This document shows positions 40,866 through 56,565 of a stretch of 64,000 nt of DNA, one piece after another. Position 1 is the first letter of the stretch; the number at the start of each line of letters is the position of its first letter. Location of the stretch: assembly GCA_009914755.4 (NCBI GenBank), contig CP068257.2, forward strand, positions 15,936,001 to 16,000,000. Direction: 5' to 3'. Position numbers and translations under genes: made by a program. A model generated the notes under the pieces. The model made no database searches. It worked only from the letters and a program-made list of their open reading frames with translations, and was not told the DNA's origin. The DNA comes from the human T2T-CHM13v2.0 reference genome, Homo sapiens.

Positions 40866-42015
40866 GACTAAGACATATGTGAGCAATCTACTTTACACAT
40901 TACAAGTTGTATTATGAATTAAATACCGCATAAAAGTATAAAGACAATAATGGTGTAGGTATATAAAAGGGTTTGTATGTGGTTGGGCTCCCAGCTGAAA
41001 GGAAGTTTCACAGGCTTATGAGGGCATCATTGCAAACCTTCTTTGTAATTTTCTGATACAGACTGGTAGAAAGGGAGAAGGCATAAACATAAAGGAATTG
41101 CCTCTGAGGCAGAGTCACTCCTTTAATACAGGCAACATCAGTTGCACCACAGAGATGGCTAGAATTAATCAGATTCACACAGCAAGTCCTGACACTTGAT
41201 GGCTTAATTAGGGTGATTACGGGTAGGCTTTTAAAATTCTGCTTTGTCAGCAGATGACCCAATAAAATGTTACCGTAAAGAGCTTGTTCCCACCCCACCC
41301 CAGCCCAGGAGGAGCTCAAAACCTGGACTGTAGTTAGTATATTAATAATGTTTGTGATGTGGTTGGCAAAATATTTTGTAATGATGTGCTTATAAAAGTT
41401 GCTTTAGGAGGTAATGGCAGCAGGTCAGGTTTTTCTTTACCTTGTAGGAAGTTACAGCTAACTCTTTTTGTGATACAAAAAGACATGTCTATACCTATAT
41501 ATAATGCATATATGTATATGCTTTATTTCAGGGGGGCATGAAAAGAGATTTATGACAGAACATTTTTGTCAGTGTTTTTATCCTAGCTTGATGTGCTCAC
41601 AAATAACTGGTTTTTTTTCCAGAAGGAAATAACTAATAAACTATGATGTGTATCATTAGCAACAACCAAAACACAATGGAGGTATTATGTATAGAAGGAG
41701 AGTAGAACGAAGTTGTTAGATTGGTGACTCTATTTTGTTTTGTTTTTGTTTGTAATTGTAGACTTGTAAATATTGAACTATCATGGAGCTGAAGAACGAA
41801 TAGGAGAGAATAATTCTTCTCACTGAATGTTCAACATAAATATAATATAAAAAGGTGCACCATTCTAAGACACTAAAATGTTTCAGAGCAACAACTATTG
41901 GGAGAATATATTCACTAGTCCTTCAATATGGGTGTGTAGCTTATGCTAATTTCACTGGGGATCCTCAAGTATATAATCTGTTTAATTTGGAATATCTAAA
42001 ATTAAGTGATGACTC

Positions 42016-42257
42016 TTTTTTTTTGAGACAGGGTCTTGCTGTGTCACCCACCTCAAGCAATCCTCCCACCTCAGCCTCCTGAGTAGCTGGGACAACATGC
42101 ATGTGCCATCATGCGCAGCTAATTTTTGTATTTTTTTATAGAGATGGGGTTTCACCATGTTGCCCAGGCTGTTCCTGAACTCCTGGGCTCAAGCCATCCA
42201 CCCACCTTGGCCTCTCAAAGTACTGAGATTTACAGGTGTGAGCCACTACACCCAGCC
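42016..42257 (-). mobile_element. Alu (internal deletion) with 15-bp target-site duplication AAGTGATGACTCTTT
   Basis: Direct repeats lie at 42004-42018 and 42259-42273. The body ends ..ggtgtgagccactacacccagcc. Confidence 0.9.
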
Positions 42258-42479
42258 AAAGTGATGACTCTTTATTTTGGAAGTATTTATTTATTCTGGA
42301 CCCTTTATTTCTTTGATGTATTTTTTAATTCGATTTTATTATCTTATAGACAGATAATTCATTAAATACATAACTAAATGTTTTAACAATATTTTGGTGT
42401 GTGTGCTTACTGATATGTTTGTATTCACAAATCAGAAAAAAAAAATTTAATGTAAGAGAGACTTTCGAAAACAATTAAG

Positions 42480-43700
42480 CCCCGAGGCAGCATCACTCCT
42501 CTCTTTACATTCATTTCCTCTGTGTTTGAACTCACCCCATGGTTTTGAGTACTGCCTGTGTGAGAGGACTCCCTAATTAATCATTCCAGCTCTTGATAAT
42601 CCTCTGAACTTCAAACTTGTGTATCTAACAATGTGATGGACATCTCCACTTGGATAGCTGATAGGCATTTCATACATAACATGTCCCAAGATAAACCCTT
42701 GTTTGCCCTTGTCCCACAACTCCCACTAAACTTGCCACTCCTCTTTGTTATCTCATTATGTCTTTTTTCTCCATGGCTGGGACCAAAAATTTTGGAGTCA
42801 ACAATGACACCCCTCTTTCCCCAACACCCCATAAGCTATCCCTGAGCAAATCCTCTTGATTCAACCTAATTTTCAATTCTTTTTGAGACACTCAAGTAGC
42901 AGTTTTAAATGGTTCAACCCAACATATCCAGAATCTGACCATTCCTATGTCCATTGTAATTTCCCTAGTTCAAGCTGTTGCATGAATGATGGCAACATTT
43001 GTCTAATTGCATTCTACACAGGGTAGTTCACAGTGATCCTTTTATCGTGTAAGGCTGATCGTGTCATGCCTCTGCCCCAAACCCCCATAGGCTCCCCATT
43101 TCACCCACAGTAAAAGACAAAGGTCTCACAATGTTCTACTAAGCCCCACAGTAGCTGACCCCTCATTTCCTTACCTCCCCCAGCCCATGCTTTCTCCCTC
43201 TCTTGCTTCATCTCCTGCTATACTCACCTCCCATTTCAATCAAGTCTCACAGTATTAGTTTTCTATTACTTCCACAACAAATGACCACAAATTGCCACAC
43301 ACTTAGCAGCTTAAAGCAACATAAATTTATTATCTCACAGTTCTGTAGTTTGGAGGTCTGAACTGTCTTGGCTGTTTCCTGTGTTGGTAGAATCCAGTGC
43401 CTTCAGTCTGCAGGACTGAGGTCCCTGTTTCGTCACTGGTGTCAGCTAGGGCCCACCCTTATCTCCCAGAGGACAATCCTTGCTCATGGGTCCCCATATC
43501 TCAGAGCCAGAAACAGTGCATGCTATCCTCATGTTTGGAATCTCTCTGATTTTTCCCTTCTGCTGAATCTCTCTTGCTGCAGCCAGAAAAAGTTTTTTGC
43601 TTTTAAGGGCTCATGTGACTCTATTGGACCCACCTGGATAATCTAGGATAATCTCTTTATCTTAAGGTCTGAAATGCCATTTCCGTCTGCAATTTCTTTG
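42480..43700 (+). mobile_element. Ancient mammalian-wide interspersed repeats (two adjacent old elements; the second is the ..ttatctcacagttctg.agtttggaggtc.. type)
   Basis: Recognisable by resemblance to common old repeat consensi (..ccagaatctgaccattcc..., ..atttattatctcacagttctgtagtttggaggtctgaactgtcttggctg...). The exact family was not determined. Confidence 0.45.
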
Positions 43701-46087
43701 CCACATAATGTAACAAATTGACAGGTGCCAGGCATGTGGGCATGGACATCTTTGGGGCACCACTATCTGCCTACCATATGGTCTCTTAGCCACGCATGCT
43801 TCCATCTCTGGGCCCATATGCTTGCTGTCCTGCTACCTGGAATATTGTTCCCCCGGTTAATTACGAAGCTCATTACACAGCAGGTCCTTGCCCAGGTATC
43901 ACCAGATCCTATCAGCCTTTCTGACCAGCCTGTAAAAGAAACATCCCCCATTACACTTTTTTTTACCCCTTAACCTGCTTTTTGTTTTCTTTCTCTAACC
44001 ACTATCTGACAGAATATATTTGTGTATCTATTATATGTCTCCCTCTACTAAGACCTTTGGGAGCAGAAACTTTGATTTATTCACTCCTGGATTTGCCCTA
44101 CCTAGACCTGTTTCTTGTACTTGGTAAAATGTTCAATAAATATTTGTTGAATCACCAAAAAAGCCCCAGAGGCCCCACTGCATTAATCATGTTTGGGCAA
44201 AAACATGAGTCCACGAAGTGTGAATTTTACCTAAGGAACTATTTTTTTTTTTTAAACTTATTCATAGGAATACCATTAGTTTGTCAAATGCCTTGCTGAG
44301 GTCATTATAGCAACTTCTATAGGTATCTCCTGAAGCTCTGAAAGAAAAAAATTTATTGCAGATTTCAAAATACATAGAAAAGGAGAATTCTAATGTTGCC
44401 AACACAAAGAAAAGTGTTTGAGGTGATAAATATCCCAATTACCGATTTGATCATTACACATTTTATATATGTATCAAAATAATGACGTACCCCAAAATAT
44501 GTACAACTGTGATATATAATTGATATATTAATTTTAAAAAAGAAAAGAAGTAGTTTGGCATTACTGTCCTTGGTATACCTAAACTAGCTCAAAGTGTTCA
44601 TCTCTTTCATCTCTAATTGCTGATAAACTTTTTATTAATCTGTGCTAAAATCTTTAAAGAGCTCGAGATCAAGTCTGTAGTTTTCAAATCACTTTTCATC
44701 TTCTTTCAAAATCAGGACATATACCATTTGCAAATTCCTGATATTTCTCTTATACATTTCCTCGTTTAATTATCAACAGCATACCTTAAATCTACAGATG
44801 ATTCTAGCACCGGAGATATCAATCCCCTCAGAGTTACTATTTCTTCTTTTTCTTTAACTCCTCACCTTAGGATGTTAGCTCTGTTCTTTTTTACTTAAGG
44901 TTGCTTTTCTTGGAATAAAGAATGAAACAAAATGAGATTCTGAAGATTTTATTTTTGCCTCCATCTGCACTGAGCGGGAGTCTGAAGACTTTCTCTGAAC
45001 TTAGCAAAACAGCTTTTTGAGAACCATTAGCCCATTTTTGACATTTAGCCTTCCCTTCCCCATTGTTATGGGTTTCAGCCAGTGACTTTTTCATTTGCAG
45101 CTGGTCTACCTTATGCAGTCTTTTCGGTTTCCTATGCATTTCCCCCTTTTCTTTCTTCATGGGCATTATTTTTCATATACGGACAGACTATTTTAGAGTT
45201 ACCCATTTCTCATGAGCCATTTTCTGTTTTAGATATTTGTCAATGCAAACATACCTATCCCCTTGGAATTAAGACAGGTTTTTTAAAAAAATAATTTTTG
45301 AGCACATGCTAAATGTAAGCAAGAAAATGTGCTATATACTGCAGAGCAGTTTTTTCTCAAAATTGGTTCCTGGACCATCTGAATCTGAACCATGGGGTGG
45401 TGATAATGGTATTTATTACCATGTAAATTACCAATTACTCAATCAGAATTAGAAGGGGGTAGATGGGAGACTTGGGAATCAACATTTTTTTTTTCTTTAT
45501 TTCTTACTTGATGAAAAGTTTCCCAAGGAATCAGCATTTTTTTTAGCAAGTTTCTCAGGTTATACTTTTCAAAGCCTGACAACTTTATCTGTCAAGGATA
45601 TGCAGAAGCATAAGTCCCTGCTGATAAGAAGCTAATGCTATATTTAAGATGCTATGGCATAAAAATAACATAAATAATGAGTGGCACAGACAATCAGCGC
45701 ACTTGAGTCAGCAAGTGCAGCTGCTGGGAATGGGGTAGTGGGTGTTAAGGCTGGCTTCATAGAGCAGGTGTTTATTGCTCATAAAAAGCACTCAAGAACT
45801 GTTTGTTGAATTAATGACAAAAGCTGTGCTGAAAGGTAAAGAAGCCATAATATTGTTTTAGTTGAGAAAGAACTTACAACCCTTTTGTTTTCCCCCATTA
45901 TCATATAGGTAAAGAAATTGAGTTCCAGAAGAGTAATTGACACAATTGCCCCATGTCACACAACACGGTGGTATTGAAAGAGACAAGAAGGAAAGTTTCC
46001 TAACTTCAAACTTTGTGCTTTCTCCACTATCCCGTGAGAGAATTTGGACTGGCTACAAGCAAGGGGTAAGGCATTTTAAGAACTGGA

Positions 46088-46382
46088 GTAGGCCAGGTGC
46101 AGTGTCTCATGCCTGTAATCCCAGCACTTTGGGAGGCCAAGGCGGGCAGATCACCTGAGGTTGGGAGTTCGAGACCAGCCTGACCAACATGCAGAAACCC
46201 CATCTCTACTAAAAATACAAAATTAGCCAGGCGTGGTGGCTCATGCCTGTAATCCCCACTACTCAGGAGGCTGAGGCAAGAGAATCACTTGAACCTAGGA
46301 GGCGGAGGTTGCGGTGAGCCGAGATTACACCATTGCACTCCAGCCTGGGCAACAAGAGCAAAACTTCACCTCGAAAAAAAAG
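46088..46382 (+). mobile_element. Alu (AluS-like) with target-site duplication AGAACTGGAGTA
   Basis: Starts ggccaggtgcagtgtctcatgcctgtaatcccagc. The flanks aagaactggagtagg and agagaactggagtaaa are direct repeats. Confidence 0.9.
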
Positions 46383-46504
46383 AGAACTGGAGTAAATTTA
46401 GTAAGATGTGTAATAAATGGGTTGTCATTAACCAACAAGGAAGGACAAAGGACTTGATTGAGAGATTGATGAAAGACAGGCTGGAAAAGGCAAGTTAAGA
46501 TTGT

Positions 46505-46630
46505 GAGGCTGCGTGTGGCACCTCATGCACCTGACCTCACCATCCTGTAATCCCAACACTTTGGGAGGCCAAGGCAGGAGAATTGCTTGAGCCCAAGAGT
46601 CAAGACCATCGGGAAATATGGTCTCTACAA
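46505..46630 (+). mobile_element. Alu monomer-like fragment (FLAM-like)
   Basis: Contains ..cctgtaatcccaacactttgggaggccaaggcaggagaattgcttgagcccaagagtcaagacc. Confidence 0.7.
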
Positions 46631-47224
46631 AATATTTAAAAGTAAATAAAAGAGAAGACTGTGAGTCACTTGAATACCAGAGCAAAAGGAGTAGATATTA
46701 GAGAGCTGCTAAAAATTTTGAGACAAGATAAAAGCAATGTTAGGAAAATTAACTTGTGGTTGCTACTCGGAAAGATGAGAGAGACAAAAGTTCAGAGCCA
46801 GTGAGATGCCAGATTAGGATCCAACTTTGTGGACCATGATGAGAAAATTAAGACCCAGATTGGTAAAAGTATGGATGTGTGAACAAATTTAAAGTTTGGG
46901 TCAATACAATATGGAAACAAATCCAATTCTGGTCTAGTTCAGTAGTTTCTTTCTTTTAGTTGATTAAGTTTTTAGTTGATTTTTTCTAAAAGCAAGTAAT
47001 TCTCTTTTTTTCACACTAATGTAGAACTCAACTTTTCCTTTTCTCAAAGCCCAACTTTTTTTGTGCACAAACAAATCAATACTCAAATAAGAGTTATACA
47101 CTTAAGAGATTATAAAAGCACCATTTCATTCAGCAAACCTTTAAAAGAAGCATCTACTCTTTGTTAGGCACTGTTCCAAGTTCTGGGCCTTTAGAAATGC
47201 ATAAGATATGGTCTCTGTTTTAGT

Positions 47225-48083
<859 letters not shown>

Positions 48084-48139
48084 TCTCTGTCTTCAAGGAG
48101 CTTACAACTTACTGGGGGTAAGAGACAAGGAGGCCAATG

Positions 48140-48428
48140 AATCACAGCACTTTGGGAGGCCGAGGTGGGCCGATCACTTGAAGCCAGGAGTTTGAGACCA
48201 GTCTGGCCAACATAGCAAAACCCCATTTCTACTAAAAATACAAAAATTAGCTGGGTATGGTGATGCAGGCCTGTAGTCCCAGCTGCTCAGGAGGCTGAAG
48301 TGGAAGGATCGCTTGAACCTGGGAGGCGGAGAGTGCAGTGAGCCAAGATGGCACCACTGTACTCCAGCCTGGGCGACAGAGAGAGAGAGAGAGACTGTGT
48401 CTCAAAAAAAAAAAAAAAAAAAATTAAA
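48140..48428 (+). mobile_element. Alu (5'-truncated) with (GA)n and a poly-A tail
   Basis: Contains ..cacagcactttgggaggccgaggtgggccgatcacttgaagccaggagtttgagacc...ccagcctgggcgacagagagagagagagagactgtgtctc followed by poly-A. Confidence 0.85.
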
Positions 48429-48610
48429 AAATTAGCCATGTATGTTGGTATATGCCTGTAGTCCCAGCTACTTAGGAGGCTGATGTCGGAGGATTACCTG
48501 AGTCCAGGAGGTTGAGGCTGTGGTTAGCTGTGATTGTGCCACTGCACTCCAGCCTGGGAACAGAGTGAGACCCTGTCTCAAACAAAACAAAACAAAACAA
48601 AACCCAAAAA
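48423..48610 (+). mobile_element. Alu right-monomer fragment directly following the previous Alu
   Basis: Contains aaaaattagccatgtatgttggtatatgcctgtagtcccagctacttaggaggctga...gagaccctgtctc followed by (caaaa)n. Confidence 0.75.
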
Positions 48611-48704
48611 GAAGCAAAAAACAAAACAGACAAATAAAATTGCAACTTGTAATTCATACTCCAATATAGGTCTTTATTTTAATTCTATGAAAACATCAAA
48701 TGGA

Positions 48705-48835
48705 GGAGCTGGGCATGGTGGTGGATGCCTGTAATACCAGCTACTTGGAGGCTGAGGCAGGAAGATCACTTGAGCCCAGGAGTTTGAGACCAGTTTGGGC
48801 AACATAGTGAGACCCTGGCGCTATAAACAAACAAA
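48705..48835 (+). mobile_element. Alu monomer fragment followed by a (CAAA)n/(AAAT)n tail
   Basis: Contains ggagctgggcatggtggtggatgcctgtaataccagctacttggaggctgaggcagg..gagaccctgg, followed by aaacaaacaaacaaataagcaaataaataaataaataaataaa at 48826-48872. Confidence 0.75.
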
Positions 48836-50879
48836 CAAATAAGCAAATAAATAAATAAATAAATAAAACAAAGTGGAGAGTGATAAACTCTGCCTGTGGA
48901 GAAAGGTGAAGTCAATAACGTTACAGGGAAAATAGTTTCTGTTTAGGAAAACACCAAGATGGGCCATTTTATTTATGGCTATCAAGCTATCTGAGCATTG
49001 CCAGAATAACCCAGGATGTCTCCAAACTGCCCCAGGTGGGAGGTAAATGGGCTTCCGGGTGTTGGATGTAGTTGGGACATTAAGAGTGAGATTCTAAGAA
49101 ATCAAGGCTACCCAAAAATATATTGGGCTCTTTCTTGAATTAAAAAAAGACAGTCGAATGAAAGTTTCTAAGATTCAGGATTTATCAAGAGACCTAAGAA
49201 CAGGAATATGTTATTTTTTACTTCCAAATTAGAAAATTGTATGAAGTGAAAAATTTTAAACATATCCAAAAATAGAGAGCAAAGCACAATGAAGCCCAAT
49301 ATCCATCGAGATTTAAAATTACCAAGATTGTGTCACACTTGCGTAATTGCTTTTTCTTTCTTTGCTAAATATTTGAAAACAAATCTTAGAAATCCTGTCA
49401 TTTCACTCCTACATACTTCAAGATGCATCCCTAAAAAATATGGTCTTTTAAAAATTCATAATGCCATTTTTACATCTAACAAAATTAATAGTAATTCCTG
49501 GTATTTTTGGTATTATGGAATAGCCAGCAATATTAAAATATCCCTGACTGTCTAAAATATTTCTGTATACTGTTGGTTAGTTGAATGGTAACGCAAAGTC
49601 CACATATTTAAATGTTTTGACTCTCCTGTCTTTTAAATGTAGAGAAGACTTCCTTCTTCCTTCTTCTTTTTTTTTTTTTTTTTTTGGTTTCTCATGGTAT
49701 TGATTTGTTGAAGAAAATGCATCTATTGTCATTAAAAATGTTCCATATATTGAATTTGTTATAATATTCATTTTAAGTTATTTTTCTGCAATATAATCTA
49801 CATTTCACTGTATTGTTTCAGAAATTCTGCTTCCTACTCAGCTTTAAGTCAAAGGTAATTATGGGAGCAAAGGAACTTAGGAGATACTTTCCAGGAAGGT
49901 AATGGATTACAGAAAAGAGGAAGGAAGTGCAGAATTCGAAACGCAGGGTGTCGAACAAGAAGACAAAGAAAGCAGCAATGGAGAAAGAGAGATGACGCAG
50001 AGAGAGATAAGGCAACTCCCTGGCTTCCTTGTACTTACCAAAAAAAGTGAACCAAATTTGAGATTCTCTAAGATAGTTGTAAAAAGATCAGTATTATATT
50101 AAAAGAATGATGGAAATCTGAATAGTAAAATGTATTGAACCTACTAAATAGTTTGTTACATTAGCACTGTGGGTTCTTTAGCCTAAATATAGAACTTACC
50201 ATTTTTTTCTTGAGGAAAAGATAGATTATGACACTTACGGTAGAATCATGTAAAATTCAGTGGTAAATAGGTTCATGTAGTTTTACAGTTCGTTGCTTTT
50301 ATAGTCTTAGACTATAAAATAAAACAGTTGAACTGAAAATGTCTGCTCTTACCCAGTTTTATCATCCCACTGCTTTTCACGCTCTTTTGCTTTTTGTTGG
50401 CCAGCACACTAGTTCGTTTTTAGCCAAGTATTTCAAAGTGTCAAATAAAAGTACTGCTGCAGCCAGGCAGCAGCTGACTTCATTTTTACTCAAGTGTGAG
50501 ATAGCACTCACAGATGTCAACTTGTATTCTTTTTTAATGAAATAATTTTGATGAATTCTAAATATACTAAAGCATTGTCAGAATCAGCTTTGAAAATTCA
50601 GGGTTTAGTAATCAGTGCCAACTCCAGTGACACCTCAAACATACCAAATATTCGTTCTCTTAGAGACCTGGTGAGATTAACATGACAGTATTAATGATTT
50701 TAGCTTTCTATATTCACTCTTGGTATTGCTGTCATTTTATACATTTCTCCACATTACTGCCATCTAAGACAGACTCTAAGCTAAAGACATTTATTTGTTT
50801 TGCTCAGCTACCCCTACGTGTGGTAGACTAGATACCACTTGATTATGATGACAATTAAAGGAAGATGAGGCTTAAAAAA

Positions 50880-51130
50880 TGCTTGAATTTGGATCACGGC
50901 TCACTGCACCCTCTATCTCCTGGGCTCAATAGATCGTTCCACCTCAGCCTCCTGAGCAGCTGGGACCACAGGTGTGCACCACCAACCTGGCTAATTTTTA
51001 AATTTTTTGTAGATACAGGATTTTATCATGTTACCCAGGCTAGTCTCGAACTCCAGGGCTCAAGTGATCCACCAGCTTCGGCCTGCCAAAGTGCTTGGGA
51101 CCACAGGTGTGAGCCACTGCACCCAGCCTG
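50880..51130 (-). mobile_element. Alu (old, degenerate)
   Basis: Contains ggctcactgcaccctctatctcctgggctcaatagatcgttccacctcagcctcctgagcagctgggaccacagg...ggtgtgagccactgcacccagcc. Confidence 0.8.
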
Positions 51131-51603
51131 AATTTGGAAATTTCAACAGAAAGCAGCAAACATGTTTGAGAATTTGAGTATAAATAACTTATTTATTTAT
51201 GTATTTCCAGTTTCAGTACCACATAGTGAGAGATTCAGAGTGGACCATTCGCAGTTGACAAAATTCACACTTCTCCCCAAGAGTTTGAAGGGTTTTATAG
51301 TCTGTGTTAAGATTGAAGCCTGAGTGAAAATGTCTGTGAAAAACAAAGTTTAAGAGCTCAGAGGGAAACTTAAGAGAACACCATGTAAGTGAACAGCCTA
51401 TTAAGAAAGATCAAGGATAAGAAGAACTATAAAAAGAACAGATAAGGAAAGCACTCAGAATAACAGTTGCATATTGATGTGGAGGCTCAACTCAAAGGGG
51501 GTTAGAACAGGCTGGTCAAGGTTTCCAAAGCGCGACATTTAGGAGACACAAACAAACTTGGCAAGTCATGTGGTCATTAACCTGTACTTAAAACTGAAGA
51601 GAG

Positions 51604-51915
51604 GCCGGGCGTGGTGGCTCACGCCTGTAATGCCAGCACTTTGGGAGGCCGAGGCGGGCGGATCACGAGGTCAGAAGATTGAGACCATCCTGGCTAACAC
51701 GGTGAAACCCCATCTCTACTAAAAATACAAAAAATATTAGCCGGGCGTGGGGGCAGGCGCCTGTAGTCCCAGCTACTCAGGAGGCCGAGGCAGGAGAATG
51801 ACATGAACGCGGGAGGCAGAGCTTGCAGTGAGCTGAGATCGCCACCGCACTCCAGCCTGGGCGACAGAGTGAGACTCTGTTTCAAAAAAATAAAAAAATA
51901 AAACTCTGAAGAGAA
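51604..51915 (+). mobile_element. Alu (AluY-like, CpG-rich) with imperfect target-site duplication AAACT(CT)GAAGAGA
   Basis: Starts ggccgggcgtggtggctcacgcctgtaatgccagcactttgggaggccgaggcgggcggatcacgaggtcag. The flanks aaactgaagagag and aaactctgaagagaag are similar. Confidence 0.9.
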
Positions 51916-52271
51916 GGGTGTGAAGGGTTTGAAGGAGGGTGCTCAGATTTGGCTAGGTGTATAATCACAGTGTTCCCAAGGTTTAGGTGGTCTTATTCTC
52001 TAAACCTGTGCTAAGACAATTGGATAATGTTGGGGCTCAGAAAACGATGTCTCATAGTGTGGCTCTATAGCATGTTGAACACAGTGAATTAAAGAAAATT
52101 GGAAGGCCTGAGAAGCTGCCTCAGAATCAAGGTCTCTCTGATCTTCCTTTGTTTTCTTCCCCCAGGCACAGGGAGAGCTCTCCCTGAAGTTCTGACTGAG
52201 GGAATTCCTTCCAAAAGAAACACAATTGTCTTCAATCTCCTGTCTGAAATCTCACTAACCAGGGAAGATTA

Positions 52272-52575
<304 letters not shown>

Positions 52576-53759
52576 ATTAAAAGAAAAGATTGTCCCCACA
52601 TAGTCCCAGACACACTTTTCATCTATTCTTCTGAGGAATGGTGCCTGAGAGACTTTATCTGCGTAATTAGACAGCCTTTGTTCACAGTGCAATTCTGCCA
52701 CTAAACTTCTCATAAATTGTCACCATCTCTCTCAGAGCCCAGACTAACTTTGTCCCAGGCTATTGTCTGTTCTTTGAGCCAATTCATCTCCCCTAAAAAT
52801 TATCTATTCTTCCTCTAAAATTACCTACATCCCCTCCTTCCCTCTGCCTTATGAAGAAGGTATTTAACCTTCAATAATCTGGCCCTTCTTTGAGTTTTAT
52901 ACTTTGTCTGACTCCCATGTGCTTGTACATTTATAAATTTGTATGCCTGTTCTCCCATTAATCTGTCTATTGTAAGTTTGTTTATAGATTCGAATTCTCA
53001 AACCTTCAGGAGGTGAAAAGAAAGTTCCTTTTGCCCTTACAACAACGTGAGACTAGCTCTGAAGTTTTCATTAGCTATGTGAAGCTTATATCTCAGAATA
53101 GCCTCACATACACTGGTAAAGATTAGCAGGTCATTTGGGCTGATGGCATAGTCTGGAATAACAGAGGAGGAAATAAAATTTTAAAAGCTCATGAACCCAA
53201 GAGTATGATCTTCAGAGGAGAGATTTCCTATCTCTTAAATTCTACGTAAATAGTGAAGTCCTATATGGGGGGGATCCTTCATCTGGGGCCTACCTTGGGC
53301 AGAATAATGTAGTTGTACCTCATTCTATCATAGCTAAAAGACAAAGTACTTTTTAAGACTTTGCAAAATTTTGTTCATGTTGCGTATCTTTTTAAAGTCT
53401 GACTCTCTGCACTAAAATAGGATAGCCTAAACAGGGCTCTTTTCGGAGTAAAATTATTATGAGCCCAGTAGTTTTCCCAGTAAGTAAGCTATCAGAACTT
53501 ACAAAAATATGAGACAGAGCTTTGCAGATGTAGCTAGAGAAAGGTCAGTTGGTGGACTTGAACTTGTTTTTAGTTTATTTATGTATTCTCCAATACTCTA
53601 GACTGTTCTAGAAATCACTAGAGAGAAATAATGGTGGTATTCCATGCCTATGATACATCACAGACTACATTTGGAGGACTGCAGAAAGAAGCAAAAACAG
53701 AAGTTTCCATAATGAGTGGTAGAGATGTGCTAAATGTCTTCTTTTTCAAACTTTAATTT

Positions 53760-53925
53760 TTAATTTTTAATTTTTTTTAGAGATGTGATATTGCTATATT
53801 GCCCAGGCTATAGTGCAGTGACTATTCACAGGTGCAGTCATAGTACACTGCAACCCTGAACTCCTGGGCTCCAGCAATCCTCCTGCCTAAGCATCCTGAG
53901 TAGTTAGAACTACAGGTGCATGCCA
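53760..53925 (-). mobile_element. Alu fragment (old, degenerate)
   Basis: Contains ..ttgcccaggctatagtgcagtgac......ctgcaaccctgaactcctgggctccagcaatcctcctgcctaagcatcctgagtagttagaactacaggtgcatgccacaatactgggc. Confidence 0.65.
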
Positions 53926-56010
53926 CAATACTGGGCTTAATGCCTTCTTTACTGATCCTTGATGGTAAAGGGGAAGACCATTTTAGAACCTTTGATTCCT
54001 TGGACATAATCCCATGGTACTGCTCTTTAATAAAGATAAATTATAAGGAATTGGATTCTATAGGGAAGAAATGGATGGAAGTTGTAACAAAATGTAATAG
54101 TAATGAAATATTAATAGAAAGGCCTAAATAGAATCTGTGGCATAACTCTCAAAATAGTCCTTTAATAACCTCCTTTTGAAAATATCAAGGTTAAGACCTA
54201 GAGACGTAAAGTCCTGCCCAAAGTCAATTGTCTGGTTAGTGGCACACAGAGCACTAAAGTTTACATCAGCAGGTTCCCAGTTCAGTACATCTTCTAGAGC
54301 TTCTAAAAATTAATGTGAAGATAGTCTTTGCTCTATTGAAGCATAATTATAAACATCAAATATTTGTAAAATATCTTCTATATAGTAGGATGTTTTTCCT
54401 TTTATTTATTAGTAAATTTACCACAATATTAATTTAGTTAGTAAATTAGAATTTTTCTTTCCCATTCATCATTTATGTCACCAGCAGGTAATCCTACTCC
54501 ATCCTCCCACCACATCTCATTTCATTATCACCTGGCCTCCAGAGGGTGGAATCACTTGGGCACTGCTCAAGCTTATGAGATCTTAAAATTTATTTTTAAA
54601 ATATTTCAAATCAAAAAGTTTTTGAGCTGTGAAATTTAATAAGATATTGAGCTTTCTTCTAGCCTTTTATCCACTAATTCTACTCTTAGAAATTACTTCC
54701 TAAAAAAATACTTTTTAAGAAAACCACACACACACAAAATGTCCTCTAACTTTGTTCTTTTTTCTTCCAAGTTGTTTTGTCTGTTCTAGATCTTCTGCAC
54801 TTTAATTTAAACTTTAGAGTCAGCTTGCTACTTCTACAAAGTAGCTGGCTGGGATTTCTATTAGAATGCCTTGAATATACAGATCAATTTGGAAGAAATG
54901 ACGTCTTAACAATATAGAGTCATCTAATCTAGGAATATGGTATATTTCTTAATTGACTTAGGTCTTCTTTAACATTTAATTTTACTCAGCAATGTTTTAT
55001 AGTTTTCAGTGTACAGGTCTTGAACATCTTTTGTCGAATTTATCCTTAAGTATTTTACAGTTTTGATGCCACTGTACATGGCAAACTTTAATTTTAATTT
55101 CTGATTGTTTATTGCTAATATAAAGAAATGCAATTGGTTTTTGATATTGACTTTGTACCCTGCCACTGAACTAAACTCACTTTCAGTTTTAACAGCTTAT
55201 TTGCAGATTCTTTAGGGTTTTTTGATAGATGACAATATCGTCTGTGAATAAACAGAGATTTATGTCTCCCTTTCCAGTCTATTTGCTTTTTATTATTTCT
55301 CTTTCCTTATTAGAGTGTTAGAACCTCCAGGATAATGTTGAATAAAAATAGCGGGAGTGGCCATCTGCAATGGTTAATTTTTAAAATTAATTAATTAAGT
55401 TGCTTCCAAAGGATGCAGTGTTGGAAGATGGCTCCAGACTTTGAATCCTGTTTTTGGGCAGTAAGATCAAAAGCTGAAGGCAAAAGGTATATACTAACTG
55501 ATTCTGTCCCTTTTCATTAGGAATAAAATAGCTTTCCTGGAAGATCTAACCAGTAAATGTTCATTTACATTTCATTAATCAGAAATGAATTACATGTCAA
55601 CTAACGTCACGTTGGGAGGTATCTGGGGAAATAAGTTTTTGTAACTGGGTATTTTGCTGCGTCAAAGAAAATCGAGGTTTAGAAGGTAGGAGAGAGGTTA
55701 TTGGGTAATTAGCAGACATGATATTGATACTAACAGTTGCTGTTTCATTTATCTAATGCTGTGCAACAAAACATGGCAAAGTCTAGTGACTTAAACAACG
55801 ACGACATTTAATACGCTCAGGTCTGGATTGCGACAGGGATCAGCTGCAGTGGCTCAAGGACTAAGGCTGGAATAATCTGAAATCTTGCTTCCTCACATGT
55901 CTGGGAGTTGATTTTGGCTGTTAGCTGATGGCTCCACTGGGACAGTGCCTGGAACACCTTCACTGGCTCCTCTATGCAGCTGCTTGGCATCTGCACAGAA
56001 TGGTGGCTGA

Positions 56011-56443
<433 letters not shown>

Positions 56444-56565
56444 AGACCCCACTTCTTGACAGTAGAATGCCAGATACAATTTGCCCGAAAGTGCTTACAT
56501 GCCCATGCGCTAATGTCTGAACAAGGTTGTTTCACTTCTACAAATGTTAGCCAAAACACTCTTTT